Made by a program: the position numbers and the translations under genes. 64,000 nucleotides of DNA from the human T2T-CHM13v2.0 reference genome, Homo sapiens, in assembly GCF_009914755.1 (NCBI RefSeq), contig NC_060926.1; one strand, written 5' to 3'. Each line of letters begins with the position of its first letter. Position 1 is the first letter of the stretch. Shown piece after piece: positions 27,270 to 41,615 of the stretch. The notes beneath the pieces were generated by a model that was given only the letters and a program-made list of their open reading frames with translations, was not told where the DNA came from and searched no databases.

Positions 27270-30200
27270 TTTTTAAAAAAAAATCTTAATTTTTGTGGGT
27301 ACATAGTAGTTGTGCATATTTATGGGGTACATGGGAAGAAGTTTTGATAGAGGCATGCAAGATGTAATAATCACATTATAAAAATGGGGTATCTATCTTC
27401 TCAAGCATGTATCCTTTCTTTGTGTTAAAAACAATTCAATTATACACTTAGTTATTTTAAAACATACAGCTAAATTATTGTTGACTATAGTCACCCTATT
27501 GTGCTATCAAATACTAGGCCTTATTCATTCTTTCTAACTATTTTTTGTACACAATAACCATCCACACCTCCCTCTCAACCTCCCACTACCCATCCCAGCC
27601 TGTGGTAACCATCCTTCTACTCTCTCTATCTCCATGTGTTCAATTGATTTGATTTTTAGATTTGACAAATAAGTGACAACATGTGAAGTTTGTCTTTCTG
27701 TGCCTGGCTGATTTCACTTAACATAACGACCTCCAGTTCATCCATGTTGTTGCAAATGACAGGATCTCATTTTTTATGGCTGAATAGTACTCCATAGTGT
27801 AAATGTACCATATTTTTAAAAATCTATTCATCTGTTAATGAAAACTTGAGTTGCTTCCAAATCTTGGCTATTGTTAACAGAGCTGCAAATAACATGAGAG
27901 TGCATATATCTCTTTCCTATGCTGTTTTCCTTTCTTCTGGGTATATTCTCAGCAGTGGGGTTTTTGGATTGTATGATAGCTTTATTTTTTAGTTTCTTGA
28001 AGAAGCTCTAAACTGTTCTCCATAGTGGTTGTACTAATTTACATTCCAGCCAATAGTATTTGAGGGTTCCCATGTCTCCACATTCTTGTCAGCATTTGTT
28101 GATGCCTATCTTTTGGATAAAATCCATTTTAACTGAGGTAAGAAAACTGTCTCATTATAATTTCGATTTGCATTTACTGATGATCAATGATGTTAAGCAC
28201 CTCTTCATGTCATTTTGCCATTTGTGTGTCTTCTTTTGAGAAATGTCTATTTAAATTTTTGCTCACTTTTTAATAGAATCGTTAGAATTTTTTCCTGTAG
28301 AGTTGTTTGAGCTCCTTGTATATTCTGGTTATTAATCCTTTGTAAGATAGATAGTTTGCAAATATCTTCTCTCATTTTGTGGGTTGTCTCTTTACTTTTT
28401 TGAGTGTTTCCTTTGCTGTGCAGAAAGTTTTTAACTTGACGTGGTCCCATTTCTCCACTTTTCCTTTGGTTGCCTGTGCTTATGGAATATTACTCAAGAA
28501 ATCTTTGCCCAAATTGATGTCTTTTAAGAGTTTCCAAAATGTTTTCTTGTAATAGTTTCATAGTTTGAGTTTTCATTCATTTGATTTTTCTGTATGGCAA
28601 GAAATAGGGGTCTAGTCCCATTCTTCTGCATATGGATATCCAGTTTACCCAGCACCATTTATTGAAGAGACTGTCCTTTCCTCAGTGTATGTTCTTGGCA
28701 CTTTTGTCAAAAATGAGTTCACTGTAGATGTAGGGATTTGATTTGATTCTCGGTTCTCCATTCTATTTCAATGGTCTACATGTCTATTTTTATTCCAAAA
28801 CCATGCTGCTTTGGTTACTGTGACTCTGTATTATAATTTAAATTCAGGTAATGTGATTCCTCCAGTTTTGTTTTTTTGCTCAGGGTAGTTTTGGCTGCCC
28901 TGGGTTTTTTGTGGTTCCATATTTTAGAATTGTTTTTTTCTATTTATGTGAAGAATGTCATTGATATTTTGATAGGGAATACATTAAATCTTCAGATGGT
29001 TTTGAATAGTATGAACATTTTAACAATAATGATTCTTGGAATCCACAAACATGGAATATTCTTTCATTGTTTTGTGTGTCCTCTTTAATTTATTTCATCA
29101 GTGTGTTATAGTTTTCATTGCAGAGCTCCTTCTTTGGTTAGTTCCTGGGTATTTAATTTTGTTTCTGGCTGTTGTACACAGAATTAAAAAAAATTGTTTC
29201 AAGAAATTTTTTACTTTTCTTAATTTCTTCATTGACTCACTGGCCATTTGAGAGCATTTTGTTTAACTTCCATGTGTTTGCATAATTTCTAAAATTCCTC
29301 TTATTTGCTTCTAGTTTTATTTCATTGTGGTCAGAGAGGAAGTTTGATATTATTTCAATTTTGTGAATGTTTTAAGACTTTTTGTGATGTAACATATGGT
29401 CTATCCTTGAGAATGATCTCTGTGCTAAGGAAAAGGATGTGTATTCTGCAGCCATTAAATGAATTGTCTTGTAAATATCTATTAGATCCATTTGGTCTAT
29501 AGTGTATATTAAGTCCAGTGTTCCTTTATTGACTTACTGTCTTGAAGATCTGTCCAATGTCGAAAGTGAAGTGTGGTATTGAAGTCTCTAGTTATTAATG
29601 TATTAAAGTCTATCTCTCTCATTGGCTCTATTAATATTTGTTTTATATATCTGGGTGCTCCAGCATTGTGTGCATATATATTTAAAATTGTTGTTTCTTC
29701 TTGCTGAGTTGACTCCTTTATCATTATGTAGTGACCTTCTTTTCTTGATATTTTGTTGAAAATATATATTCTTGAAATATATTGTTGAAATATTTTGAAA
29801 TTGAAATATATTGAAATTGAAACAATTGAAAATATATTGTTGAATATATATATATTCAACAATATATATATATTGTTGAAAAACTATATTCTTATAGTTT
29901 TTGTGTCGAAATCTACTTTTTCTTATACAAGTGTCGTCACTCCTGTTCTTTGGTTTCCATTGGCAGGGAATATATTTTTCCATCTCTTTATCTTGAGGCT
30001 ATGTGTGTCTTTAAAGATGAAGTATGTTTCTTGTAGGCAACAGATCAAAGGGTCTTGTTTTATTAATCCATTCAGCCACTCTATGTCTTTTGATTGAAGA
30101 GTTTATTCTGTTAATATTCAATGTTATCATTGATAAAGGCTTACTCCTGCCATTTTGTTACTTGTTTTCTGGTTGTTTTGTGTTCTTCTCTTCCTTCTTT

Positions 30201-33200
30201 CTTTTCTTCCTGTCTTCATTTTAGTGAAGGTGATTTTCTCTGGTGATATCGTTTAGTTTCTTACTTTTTATTTTTTGTGTCTCCACTGGGTACGTTTTGC
30301 TGGGAGGTTACCATGAAGTTTGCAAATACTATCTTATAACCCATTATTTTCAGTTGATAAAAACTTAGCACTGTTTGCATAAACAAACAAATAAACAAAA
30401 TGAAAACTAATATAGACTGTATGTCTTAATTTTATCTTCCCAATTTTTAACTTTTTTGTTACTATTTATATCTTATTGTACTGTCTACATCTTGAAAACT
30501 TATTGTAGTTATTATTTTTGACTGGTTTATTGTTTAGTCTTTCTACTTAAGAGTAATTTACACACCACAGTTACAGTGTTATAATATTCTGTTTTTCTGT
30601 GTACTTAGTATTACCAGTGAGTTTTGTACCTTCAGATGATTTCTTATTGCTAATTAACATCCTTTTCTTTCTGATTGAGTACTCCCTTTAGCATTTCTTG
30701 AAGTACAGTTCCAGTATTGTTAAATACCGTAAGCTTTTGTTTGCCTGAAAAAGTATTTTTCCTTTATGTTTGAAGGACAATTTTATGGTTATTATAGGGT
30801 AAAAGTTTTTATTCATCAGTACTTTAAATATGTCATGCCACTGTCTTTTGGCCTGTAAGGTTTCCACTGAAAACTCTGCTGCCAGGTATATTGGAGCTCC
30901 ACTGCATGTTATTGTTTCTTTTTTGTTGCTGCTTTTAGGATCCTTTCTTTATCATTGACTTTTGGGAGTTTGATTTTTAGATGCCTTGAGATAATCTTCT
31001 TTTGATTAAATCTGCTTGGTTTTCTATAACCTTCTTGTACTTGAATATTGATATTTTTCTCTAGGTTTGGGAAGTTCTCTGTTATTATCCCTTTGAATAA
31101 ATTTTCTACCCCTATCTCTTTCTCTATCTTCTCTTTAAGGACAGTAACTCTTAGGTTTGCCCTTGTGAGGCTATCTTCTAGATCTTATAGGTATGTTTTA
31201 TTGTTTTTTTAATTTTTTTTCTTTTGTATCCTCTGACTATGTATTTTCAAATAGCCTGTCTTCAAGCTCACTAATTCTATCTACTGCTTGATCAATTCTG
31301 CTATTAAAAGATTCTGATGCATTCTTCAGTATGCCAATTGCATTTTTCAACTTCAGAATTTCTGCTGGTCTTTTTAATTATTTCAAACTCTTTGTTAAAT
31401 TTGTCTGATAGAATTCTGAATTTCTTCTCTTCAATTTCTTTGAGTTTCCTCAAAACAGCCATTTCAAATTTGCTGTTTGAAAGGTCACATATCTCTGTTG
31501 ATCCAAGATTGGTCCCCTGTGTCTAATTTAGTTCATTTGGTGACGTCATATTTTCTTGCATGGTGTTGATGATAGAGGATGTTTTATTGTGTCTGCGCAT
31601 TAAAGAGTTAGGCATTTATTGTAGCACTCTGGGCTTACTTGTACCTATTCTTCTTGGAAAGGCTTTTCAGACATTCAAAAGACTTGGTTATTGTGATCTA
31701 AGCTGCTTCTGCTTTAGAGTAGACTCTAAGCCCAGTAATGCTTTCATTCTTGCTGACTTGTGGAGATTCTGCCTTAATGGTCTTGGAGAAGATCTGGAAG
31801 AATTATCTGGATAACCAGGCAAAGACTGTTGTGCTTTTCCTTTACTTTTCTCAAAGAAACAGAGTCTGTCTTTCTCTGTTCTGAGTCACCTAGTGATGAC
31901 GGTGGAGTGACAAAGGGACCCCTGTGGCCACCACTGTTATGACTGTGCCATGTTAGAACTGAAGCCAGCACAGCACTGAGTCTCACATGAGGCTTTTTGC
32001 AGTAACTTCTTCGCTACTACTTGTGTTTGCTCAAAGCCCTGGAGCTACAAAATCAGCAGGTAGCAAAGAGAGCCAGGCCTATATCTTTTTCTTCAAGGCA
32101 ATGAGTTCTTCCAGCCCATGGGTGGGTCCAGAGGTGCCCTCAGGAAGCCAGGGACTACTGTCAAAAACCTTAGAAGTCTCCCTGGTATTCTATTGTACTG
32201 TGGCTGATCAGGTACTCAAACCATAAGACACAGTGCTTCCCACTCTTCTCTATCCTTTTCAAAGACAGAGGAGCCTCATCCCATGGACACCATCACCTCA
32301 GGTCCATGTGACACACTGTTAGACTATCACTGATCTTCCCTTAAGTTTCAAGCGCTCTTTAATCAGTTTCTGGTGATTGTGGCCTGGCCTGAGACTCAAC
32401 AGTCAGGGCAGTGGGCTCTTCCGGCCCAAGCCAGGTCCAGCAATTTTGTCCAAGAGCCAAGTCCTAGAAATGGGGACCTCAAGAGCCTGCTCGGTGCTTT
32501 ACTCCCACATGGGCAAGCTGACACTTAAAGTGGAAAACAAAGTCCCCTTTACTTTTCCCTCCACTCTTGTCAAGCAGAAGGGGTCTTGCCCCATAGACAT
32601 CACAGCTGGAAATGTGGTAAGTCTCACCTGAAGTCAGCAAGTCTCTTAGTCTCACTCAAGGCCCTTCACATAGTACCTAGGTATTGCTGCTGGTTATTCA
32701 GGACCCAAGGGCTCTTCAGTTAGCAGGTAATAAATTCTGCTAGGACTGGTTCCTTCCCTTCGAAGCAGCAGGTTCTCTTTTGGCTCTGGATGTGTCTAAC
32801 AATGTCCAGGAGCTGGGGCCTTAAAAGGGAGCCTCATGACACTGACTGATGCCTTATGCTGCTGTGGTTGAGCTGGTATCCAAGATGCAAAACAAAGTCC
32901 TCCCTACTCTTCCCTCTCCTTTCCTGGAGTGGAAGGAAGTGGTTTATTTAGGAGCTGAGAGTTAAGGAAAGGCTGATGCCCACACTCCCTCACTCCCTTA
33001 TCCACCCCAGCTGGTATCTCAGTGTGTGGTGTGTCTTCCCCAACATCCACTGTCTCTAGACCCAGTTCAGCACTAGGACTTGCCCAGGTGTTGTAGTCTT
33101 TGTGGCCTAGACTGGTTTTCTAGTTTACTTGTGGCCTCAGAGCACTTTAGCCCGTGGTGGTGAGGTTTCCAAGAAGTCAAGTTCCAACCTCTGGGATTAG

Positions 33201-33580
33201 CAATTCCCCTTGGTTAGGGCTAGTTTAAATGTTCCCGCTGTGGGTAGGCATCAGCTGAGTTTGATCTAGTTTTGCTTTCTGCTATAACAAGAGCAGCACT
33301 GAGTTCAATGCCTCACAATTGCTGGCTCTCCTTCTTCCTAGGTCACACTAACTCTCTGTGCCATGCAGCTGCTGCCAGGAGGTGGGGTAGGGGTGGCACT
33401 GGTGATTCAAGACTCTTTTTTCTACCACTTCAGTGCCTCTTTCAGCAATATGAAGTTAAAAAGAGGCACTGTGAGTGCTCATCTGATTTTTGGTTCTTAT
33501 GGAGGTTGTTTTTTAAATTGGTGTCTTTGCGGGGTAGGGAGGGATAATTGATGGAGCCTTCTATTCTCCCACCTTGCTCC
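27270..33580 (-). mobile_element. L1MA1-3-like element with complete long 5'UTR and ~1.4-kb ORF2 deletion at ~29180-29195
   Basis: 3' end ttttgtgggtacatagtag; EN remnant in ORF 29509-29862 (GHYIMIKES...ILNIYAHNAGAPRYIKQIL); 5' end ggagccttctattctcccaccttgctcc. Confidence 0.92.
29748..29890. repeat. AT-rich low-complexity insertion containing two perfect palindromes
   Basis: 36-bp palindrome at 29832-29867; 26-bp palindrome at 29855-29880. Confidence 0.92.
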
Positions 33581-34249
33581 CAATAGTACCTCCCTATTGG
33601 GAACTCTTAATGTTATTATCATTCAGTGTTTTACATGATTTTAAAACAGAACTTTTTTTGCAGTATTAAGTGCACAACATTGAATAACTAGAATGCTTTC
33701 CGTAGTTTGAAGAACCCTGTGCTCATCTTTTAATATGATTGAATCCTGCAGCAAGTTAACAGAATTAAAACAGGTGGTCTTTGTTTTGTTTTGTTTTAAG
33801 TCAATTTACAAATCGTCAACCACAAAAGAATAAATGCAAGGGCTACGAGTTCATATCCCCAAATTCCCAATGCTCTTAGAATATGTGATTTCCATAACAA
33901 AATGTAAACACAATGGTTACAGGACACTAAGGTCTCCAATACTTAGAAAATTATCTCACTATTATTTTAATTATGATGTTTAATGAATCCTTAGTTATTG
34001 TATAATACTTCCAGAAGTCTGAAAATATATTAATGGTAATTTCTTGAAATGAGAGCTTATAGAGTCCCTGGGGTTGAAAAGCATAACACAGTCGTCTCTG
34101 AAACAATAGAACAATAAATAAAACATTAACATAAATGATAGCTAGCCTTGTAAAATTAATTGGTATTTGTGAACAAGAGGAAATTAAGAAAGAATAAGAG
34201 ACCATCTGCTTACTCCTATGAAGGTGGAACTTCTATGATACTTCCTCTT

Positions 34250-37200
34250 CCTCTACCAACAAGTAAATAACTGATTACTGACTGAGGGCATTGAAAGTAT
34301 TCTCTTATAAAGCATAACATTATAGATAAAGTGGCATGATTATTATTTAAAGGTAGACTATGAGAAGTTAAAGATGCATAACATAAGCCACATGGTGATC
34401 ACTAAATTAAAATACATATTTAATAGGCCAATAATAAGTAAAATGCAATCCAAAGAAATACAAAATTGTTCCCCAAAAAAGTCAGGATAAAAGGGAGAAT
34501 GGAACAAATGACATATTCCATAAAACAAAAATAACATGATTATTTAAAATTATCACTTAAAATCAATCTTTAACAACAAACAATATTGATAATTACATTA
34601 AATATAACTGGCCCAGATACTCTGAATTTAAGGAAGGGTTTCTCACACTAGTTAAAAAGTAAATTCAACTTTATTCTGTCTAAAATATGAAGGCAAAGAA
34701 TGATTAAAAGTAAAAGAATGGAAAAAATATACGTTGTTCAAATACTAAACATAAGAAAGCTATGATGGTTATATTAATTTTGATAAAGTGGTGGCAGAAA
34801 AAAAGGAATATTACTAGGGATGAAAGGGCAATCCAGCATGATAAAAGATCAATTCAGCAAGAGGACATAACAGTTCTGACTGTCTGAGTGCAACTCACAA
34901 ATCTTCAAAATGCATGCAACAAAAACTGACAGAATTTAAAATAAAGATAGAAAAGTCTCCAACTATTGTTGGTATTTTGACACTATTCTCTGAGTAATTG
35001 GTACATAAAGAAGATATAAAATCAGTAAAGATATACAACATTGAAACAAAACTATCAAGTTACTTGACCTAAAGATGTTTATAAAACAATCCACCCACTC
35101 AATAACAGAATACAAATTGTTTTAAATAAATTTTTAAGGATTCAAATCATTGATAGTATGTCTATTAATATAGAAGTAGAATGTATGATAGTCTATTCTT
35201 TAACCAAAGCAAATTATACTCAAACTTAACCAATATGAGAATATTTAGAAAAAATTCCTCATATGTTTGGAATTTTAAAAACACACTTTTTAATAACCCA
35301 TCTGTAAAAAAGCTGTGAGGTGCAGCTATAGCATTCTTAGAGGGAAATTTATAGCTTTAAATTTTAATATTAGGAAAAACCTAAAGAAACAAGAGCAAGT
35401 ATGACCTGAAGAAAGTAGAATAAATAAAACAGTAAAAATGAGAATGGAATTCAATGGAATAGAAAACAAACAATAAAATTCAATACAATAAAAGTTGGTT
35501 CTTTCAAAACAGCAATACAATTGATGAATCTTTTTAGCTGGATTCTTCAAAATTAATTAAAATCAACAAAATAGTAGTACAGGAAATCAAAGAACAAACA
35601 TCACATTCAATCCCACAAACTGAGTTTTTTTAACCTCAGCTTTATTATTATTTTGAACTACATAGTTTTTTTTTTCATGGCAGGCTATTTTGTACATTTG
35701 AAGATGTTTAGCATCTCTAGCCTCTACCCACTAGATGCCAGTAGTAACCCATAGTTCTGACAATCAAAAATGTCTCCGAATATTACCAATATCTCCTGGG
35801 AGCAAAACCACGTTCAGTTGAAAACCACTGCTGTAATAGACAATAAGGTAATATTTTAAATAATATTTTGATAATAAATCAAGACAAAATGAAAGAATTC
35901 CTTGAAAAACAAACTATCAAAAGTGATTTTTTTAAAAAGAAAACCAGTATAGTCCTTTATCAATTAAAAACTTTGCAATTAATCTAAAAATGCCCTCCAT
36001 AGTGATACATAGATACATATTCCTAATAAGTCAATACTTCCAAAAATAATTTTTACAAACTCTGGATATGCCTTAGGAATCTAGAAACTAAAGAAAAGCA
36101 GACAATTTTAGTGGAAGAGTTAGTTAAACCTGGAGCAAGCAAGAAGTGTGGAGTAAGTTTCCTTTTCTGCAACTTTACCAAAAAAGCAGCCATAATCTCA
36201 ACAACTTCAGTGTCAGGCAGGTAGAATCTCATAGAAATACCAGCCATCTTTCTGGTTGAAAAAAAAAAAAAACATGCAAGAAAGAGCCCAGCTACAGGTG
36301 TGTGTTTGGAAAACACCAGCAAGGAGAGTGCAGGAGAAGAGTTAATCCTATTTCTGTGTATAAAACCAGTCCAAATTTCAGCTTCATTTATGAACCATGA
36401 TTACATAAGGCAAAATAAAGCCCCTTGGAGACAGAATTAAGAAACTGAACTGAGATTTTATCTATCATACACCAGAAGCATGGAAGTTCCTAATTTCTGC
36501 CTAAGCAAATTAAGTTCCTGTTATAAAACCATCAACACTTTTCAGAGCAATATAACAGAATATGGAGTGCAAACAACATAACGACATGATGTCAAAGTTT
36601 CAAATATGTATCACGTTTTTAAAAGCCAGAAAAATGTGACTCATTCTTAAGGAAACAGACCGTCAAAATATGACAACTCAAGATGACCCAGTTGGAATTC
36701 AAAATGAACAAATAAATAAATAAATTCAAGTATTATAAATATGCTCATTGAAGCAATGTAAAATATTATCGTAGTGAGTAAAACTATATGAAATTTTAGA
36801 ATAGAAATACAAAATACAAAAAAGAATAAAAAGTGTTATAACTAAAGAATACAGTATTTAAAATAAAAATTATTGGATGGTCTTGGGAACAGAAAGATTA
36901 ATGAAAAAAAGAAAGTACATTTAAAAATAGAAAAATAAGAATATCTAAAAAAGAGAGAAAAAAAGAATAAAAATAATTAAGAATATGTAAAGCCCAGACA
37001 CTAAATAAGAGAAATTTGTTTAAAATATTATCTATATATGACAAGACATTTAAATTCTGAATATTTAAAATATTCAATTTTAAAAACAAATATTTGGTGG
37101 GAAGAAGATTAAAACATACACTCTACAAAAGAAGACATACACAAGGACAATAAGCACAAAAAAAAAGTTCAACATTATCGATCATCAAAGAGATGTTAAG

Positions 37201-37930
37201 TTACAACTCTGAGGAGTTACCACTACACATTCATTAGAAGTACTAAAATTAAATTAAAATTACTAAAATTAATAATTATAGATTATAATTTGGGAAAATG
37301 GAACATTGATACATAGTGAGAGGAATATAAAATCGCACAAGTACTTTTGTCAACATTTGGTAGGTTCTTGTAAATTTAAACATACACATACGTACAGAAC
37401 AATTCAACTCCTAAGCAAGAAATGAAGACATTTATCTTCATGGGGACTTATATGTAAATATTTATAGTGGTCTTATTCACATTAGCCATAAAACGAAATT
37501 AAGCCAAATGTCATTAATGGGTGAATGAATAAAAAAAACATGGTATACTTTTACCATGAAATACTATGCAGAAATAAGAATAAGTAAATTGACAGTATGT
37601 GCAACAGTATGGGTGAGTTTCAAACTCATTATATTGAGAGGAAAAACAACCCAGCAAAGCATATATGCCATATGATTTCATTTATATGAAATGTAAGCTA
37701 ACATATAGTAACAAAAATCAGGTTAGTGGTTGCCAGAGACCAAGGGTAAAAGGAAGTAGGGCTTGTGAAGGGGTATGAACAATCTGTTGGGAATATGGTG
37801 GTATTTTATAATTTGATTGTGGTTGCAGTTTTAAGGTTGTATACAGTTGCCAGAACATATCCTATTGTACAGTTTAAATAAAATAGGTTTACCATTCCTT
37901 CAAATGGCACATAAGAAATAATTAAACAAG
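34250..37930 (+). mobile_element. Mosaic of ancient L1M/L1MC/L1ME fragments (ORF2 EN region, ORF1-like stretch, 3'UTR)
   Basis: gataaaagatcaattcagcaagaggacataacag; gggaaatttatagctttaaa; 3'UTR tatgatttcatttatatgaaatg...ttagtggttgccag. Confidence 0.7.
35618..35830 (+). mobile_element. MER20 (hAT-Charlie) DNA transposon
   Basis: gcctctacccactagatgccagtag; aaaaatgtctcc; end gttgaaaaccactg. Confidence 0.85.
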
Positions 37931-38024
37931 CAAAAAAAAAACACACAAAAAAATCTCCCTATAAAGCAAACGTTAGGCCTAGTTGGCTTCACTGGTTAAT
38001 TTTTTCAAATATATACATATATAT

Positions 38025-38530
38025 ATTTTTTTTAATTTTAAATTTTGAATTTTTATGGGTACATAGTAGGTGTATATATTTATGGGGTACATAAGACATT
38101 TTGATACAGGCATGCAACATGAAATAATCACATTATGGAAAATGGGTATCCATCCTCTTAAGCATTTATCCTTTGCATTAAAATTCAATTATACTCTTGG
38201 CCGGGCACGGTGGCTCACACCTGTAATCTCAGCACTTTGTGAGGCCAAGGTGGGCAAAATGTTTGAACTCAGGAGTTCAAGACCAGCCTGGGCAACATGG
38301 CATAAACCTGTTTCTACAAAAATTAGCTGGGCCTGGTGACTTGCGCCTGTATTCTTGGCTACTCGAGAGGCAGAGGTAAGAGGATGGTTTGAGCCTGAGA
38401 GGCGGAAATTGTAGTGAGCCATGATCGCACAACTGGACTCCAGCCTGGTTAAAAGAGTGAGACCCTGTCTCAAAAACAAAGCAAAATTCAATTATACTGT
38501 TTTAGATATTTTAAAATGTATAATTAAATT
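38025..38530 (-). mobile_element. Short L1MA 3'-end fragment split by an AluJ
   Basis: gggtacatagtaggtgtatatatttatggggtacat. Confidence 0.85.
38199..38482 (+). mobile_element. AluJ (Jb/Jr-like)
   Basis: 19-bp TSD aaaattcaattatactctt (38180-38198) / aaaattcaattatactgtt (38483-38501). Confidence 0.92.
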
Positions 38531-39204
38531 AATTTCCTCAACTATTGAATGAAGGAACATCAAGACTTTTGTTTAGATATTCAAGATGGATGTTAAAGTT
38601 CCGAGAATGTGTGCAACTGAAAAAAACACACAATAAAAACAGCTTCATGATGTTTGTCCCAATATTTCCAAAACTAATTTAATTAGAGTTTTTTTTTTTG
38701 CAATTTGATACTCATAAACATCACTAAGAATTATGGATAAGAGGAAGACCTCTCAGGGAATGACTTTGTGACTAAGTAAACTCTATGATATCAAGAAAAT
38801 ATTCATAAGTAACATGCTAGAAATTCTTCATGAAATGTTACAAAATAAGAAAATATTGGCATATTCAGACTTTATCATACAATGAGATAAACTAAAGAAT
38901 CAGAAAGAAATATAAATGCTTATTCAAAAAGACATGATTAGAATGACCAATGCTTATACCATTCTTGTTACATGGAAGTGGCTGATTAAACAATGGTGAA
39001 TGGATATAAAGAAGAAAGAACCTAAAATAATTTATCTTTCTTTTTTATCTTTCAAAACAAATGTAGATTTTTAAATTCACATATATGGTGCTCAAATATA
39101 ATGCAGATATTTTTGAACAAAAACAACAACAAAATTCTGTCTTCAGTCAACATATCTTCATCTCTCTTTTATAGATTGCTACTTTCTAAATATTCCTAAT
39201 AATC

Positions 39205-39270
39205 ATATGTTTATTTGAGTAGCTAATTTTAGCTACTCAAATATGTTTATTTGAGTAGCTAATTTTAGCT
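39205..39270. repeat. Perfect 30-bp direct duplication with a 6-bp inverted linker
   Basis: atatgtttatttgagtagctaattttagct at 39205-39234 and 39241-39270. Confidence 0.97.
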
Positions 39271-39560
39271 TACACACCTGGAAGTTCTGTAGAATGCAAC
39301 TTTCTTGATGCCTAAACTGGAGAAGCAAATGAAAAGCTCTTTGCAAATGGCTATTGTGAGAATATTTGCAGTGAAAATATGATTCTCAATTTGAACATAT
39401 GTTAGCAAGAATTCTAATTAATTAGTTTAAAGGGCATATCAAAGAAGTAAGTCTATACGCTGCTAATCATGTTGTGATACAGTGCCATTTATGATAGATT
39501 TTTGGATGCTTTGCATATTTCTCAGATATGTTGTGTTGTTTGCTTAAAGGAATGCATTTT

Positions 39561-40017
39561 TTATTATTACTATTATACTTTAAGTTCTCGGGTACATGTG
39601 CAGAACATCCAGGTCTGTTACATAGGTATATAGGTGCCATGGTGGTTTGCTGCACCCATCAACCCATCATCTATGTTAGGTATTTCTCCTAATGCTATCC
39701 CTCCCCTATCCCCACCACCCCCCAACAGGCCCTGGTGTGTGATGTTCCCCCTCCCTGTGTCAATGTGTTCTCATTGTTCAACTCCCACTTTTGAGTGACA
39801 ACATGTGATGTTTGGTTTTCTGTTCTTGCGTTAGTTTGCTGAGAATGATGGTTTCCAGCTTCATCCATGTCCCTGCAAAGGACATGAACTCATCCTTTTT
39901 TATGGCTGCATAGTATTCCATGGTGTATATGTGCCACATTTTTTTTATCCAGTCTATAATTGATGGGCATTTGAGTTGGTTCCAAGTCTTTGCTGTTGTG
40001 AATAGTGCCACAATAAA
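39561..40017 (-). mobile_element. 5'-truncated L1PA (L1PA7/8-like) 3' end
   Basis: ORF2 C-terminus in ORF 39778-40272; TSD aatgcatttt at 39551-39560 and 40018-40027. Confidence 0.92.
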
Positions 40018-40664
40018 AATGCATTTTAAAGTATGTGCTAGTTCTAATTCATTCCCTGGGAATGAAAAGTAGAAGTAATGTGTAAGTTTACCAAAGTAGT
40101 CTAAAGAAACACCAAATAATTGGGTTTCTAATGCTCTTTTCAAGCTCCATGATGTAGGCAAATTGTAGTCTTTTAAAATAATAATATTTATTGTATTTTT
40201 ATGTTTAAAGTAATGTAGATAAATTAAATTAAATAGATAATTTGAATAATAAAAATCATACTGAATAATCAAAAAAAATCCACAATGTTATCCCCTGGAT
40301 TGAATCATTGTGAACATACTGTTTTTACTTTCTAGCCTACAAAAACATTGATATTAAAAATAAAAGAACTTTTTACTCCACTTTTTACCTTGGCTCCACA
40401 GTTCCAGCTTTTGACTGTATGGCTGTATAGCCTATGGATATGTGATTTTTAATGGTTGCATAAGTATAGAATAATAGTACAATAATTAAATTATAATTGT
40501 AATGTGATAATTATATTACTGCATTTGATGATTATACCAAAATAATAGACTAATTTCTCTATAGTTAAGGAGGTACATTCTTTTGGATTGGTTTTTCTAT
40601 TTTTGGAGATTATACAAAATAAATATCATTCTACTTGGTGCTAAGGGAATAAAAGTATTTGTAA

Positions 40665-41615
40665 AATATAGCAATGATATTTATTTAAGGGTCTATATCA
40701 CAGAAACTTTACACCAGTCATTTCATTTAACCTAAAACAACATATGAAATAAGTAGTGATAACATTACTATCAATGTTTAGGAGAAAGATATCTGAATGC
40801 CTTCTTCATGGAAATCTCACTTATGTCTTATATAAAGTGACATCTTCTCATTTATGAGACCTCTCCAGCAAATCACATAAATGTTTCCATAAATTCCCCT
40901 AGCACCACTGATTCCTACTTCCAGTTGGGCCTAGCCAATACTTGCTTAAAATGCTCCTGTCTCTGCATTATTTATGCCTCTCTTTTGTGACCTTGATTTA
41001 AGCCTTTGAAGTAGTTCCCACTATCTCGAACATCATAAACATCAATCATTCTTGAGCAGAATTGATGAGGACATGTTTATATCTCACAGCACACCTTCCT
41101 AAATGGTAAATACGCAGCTGTCATTCAATTAATAGTTCTTGATTAATCTCAGGCGTATTTTCACCTTGTGTCTGTTTTAATTAGAAATATATTTCTTTTT
41201 GGTATTTCCAAATTCTGCAAGTATTTTTGGTTTTGCAGATCATCATCTGTGAATTCTAGCTCTCATTAGCATGATCTCCAATCCAAAATCTTCAGTATGA
41301 CATTTACATCAATTTGTTACCTGAGGTCAGCTTAATTCCTCCCCTGACACACTCTCACTATCGCCTCTTATTTACCCACCTCCTCTATTTGATGTCTGTT
41401 TCCTCAGTGTATTCAACTCTAATGGTATTTCTTTTTTCTGAAAGCTCATATTTTGCTTCTCTTTTACCTAACACAATCTTTTATGTAGCTGCTATTTGCT
41501 TAAACTAAGTTCCTAGAGAACAGTGACCTCATTTATCCTATTTTGTATCTTCCAAAAACTCTTCATTCACAGGCATTTGATTCATGTTTACCTAATAAAA
41601 TAAATGAAGGTTGAA
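40665..41615. mobile_element. Weak MIR and L2 remnants
   Basis: tcatttcatttaacctaaaacaacatatgaaataagtag (MIR-like); L2-like tail at ~41500-41615. Confidence 0.4.

Noticed and set aside
29509-30097. Overlapping 100-126 aa ORFs
   Set aside because: L1 endonuclease remnant plus the AT-rich insertion.
39778-40272. Longest ORF in the track (164 aa)
   Set aside because: Chance read-through from AT-rich flank (TTG start) into the L1 ORF2 C-terminus.
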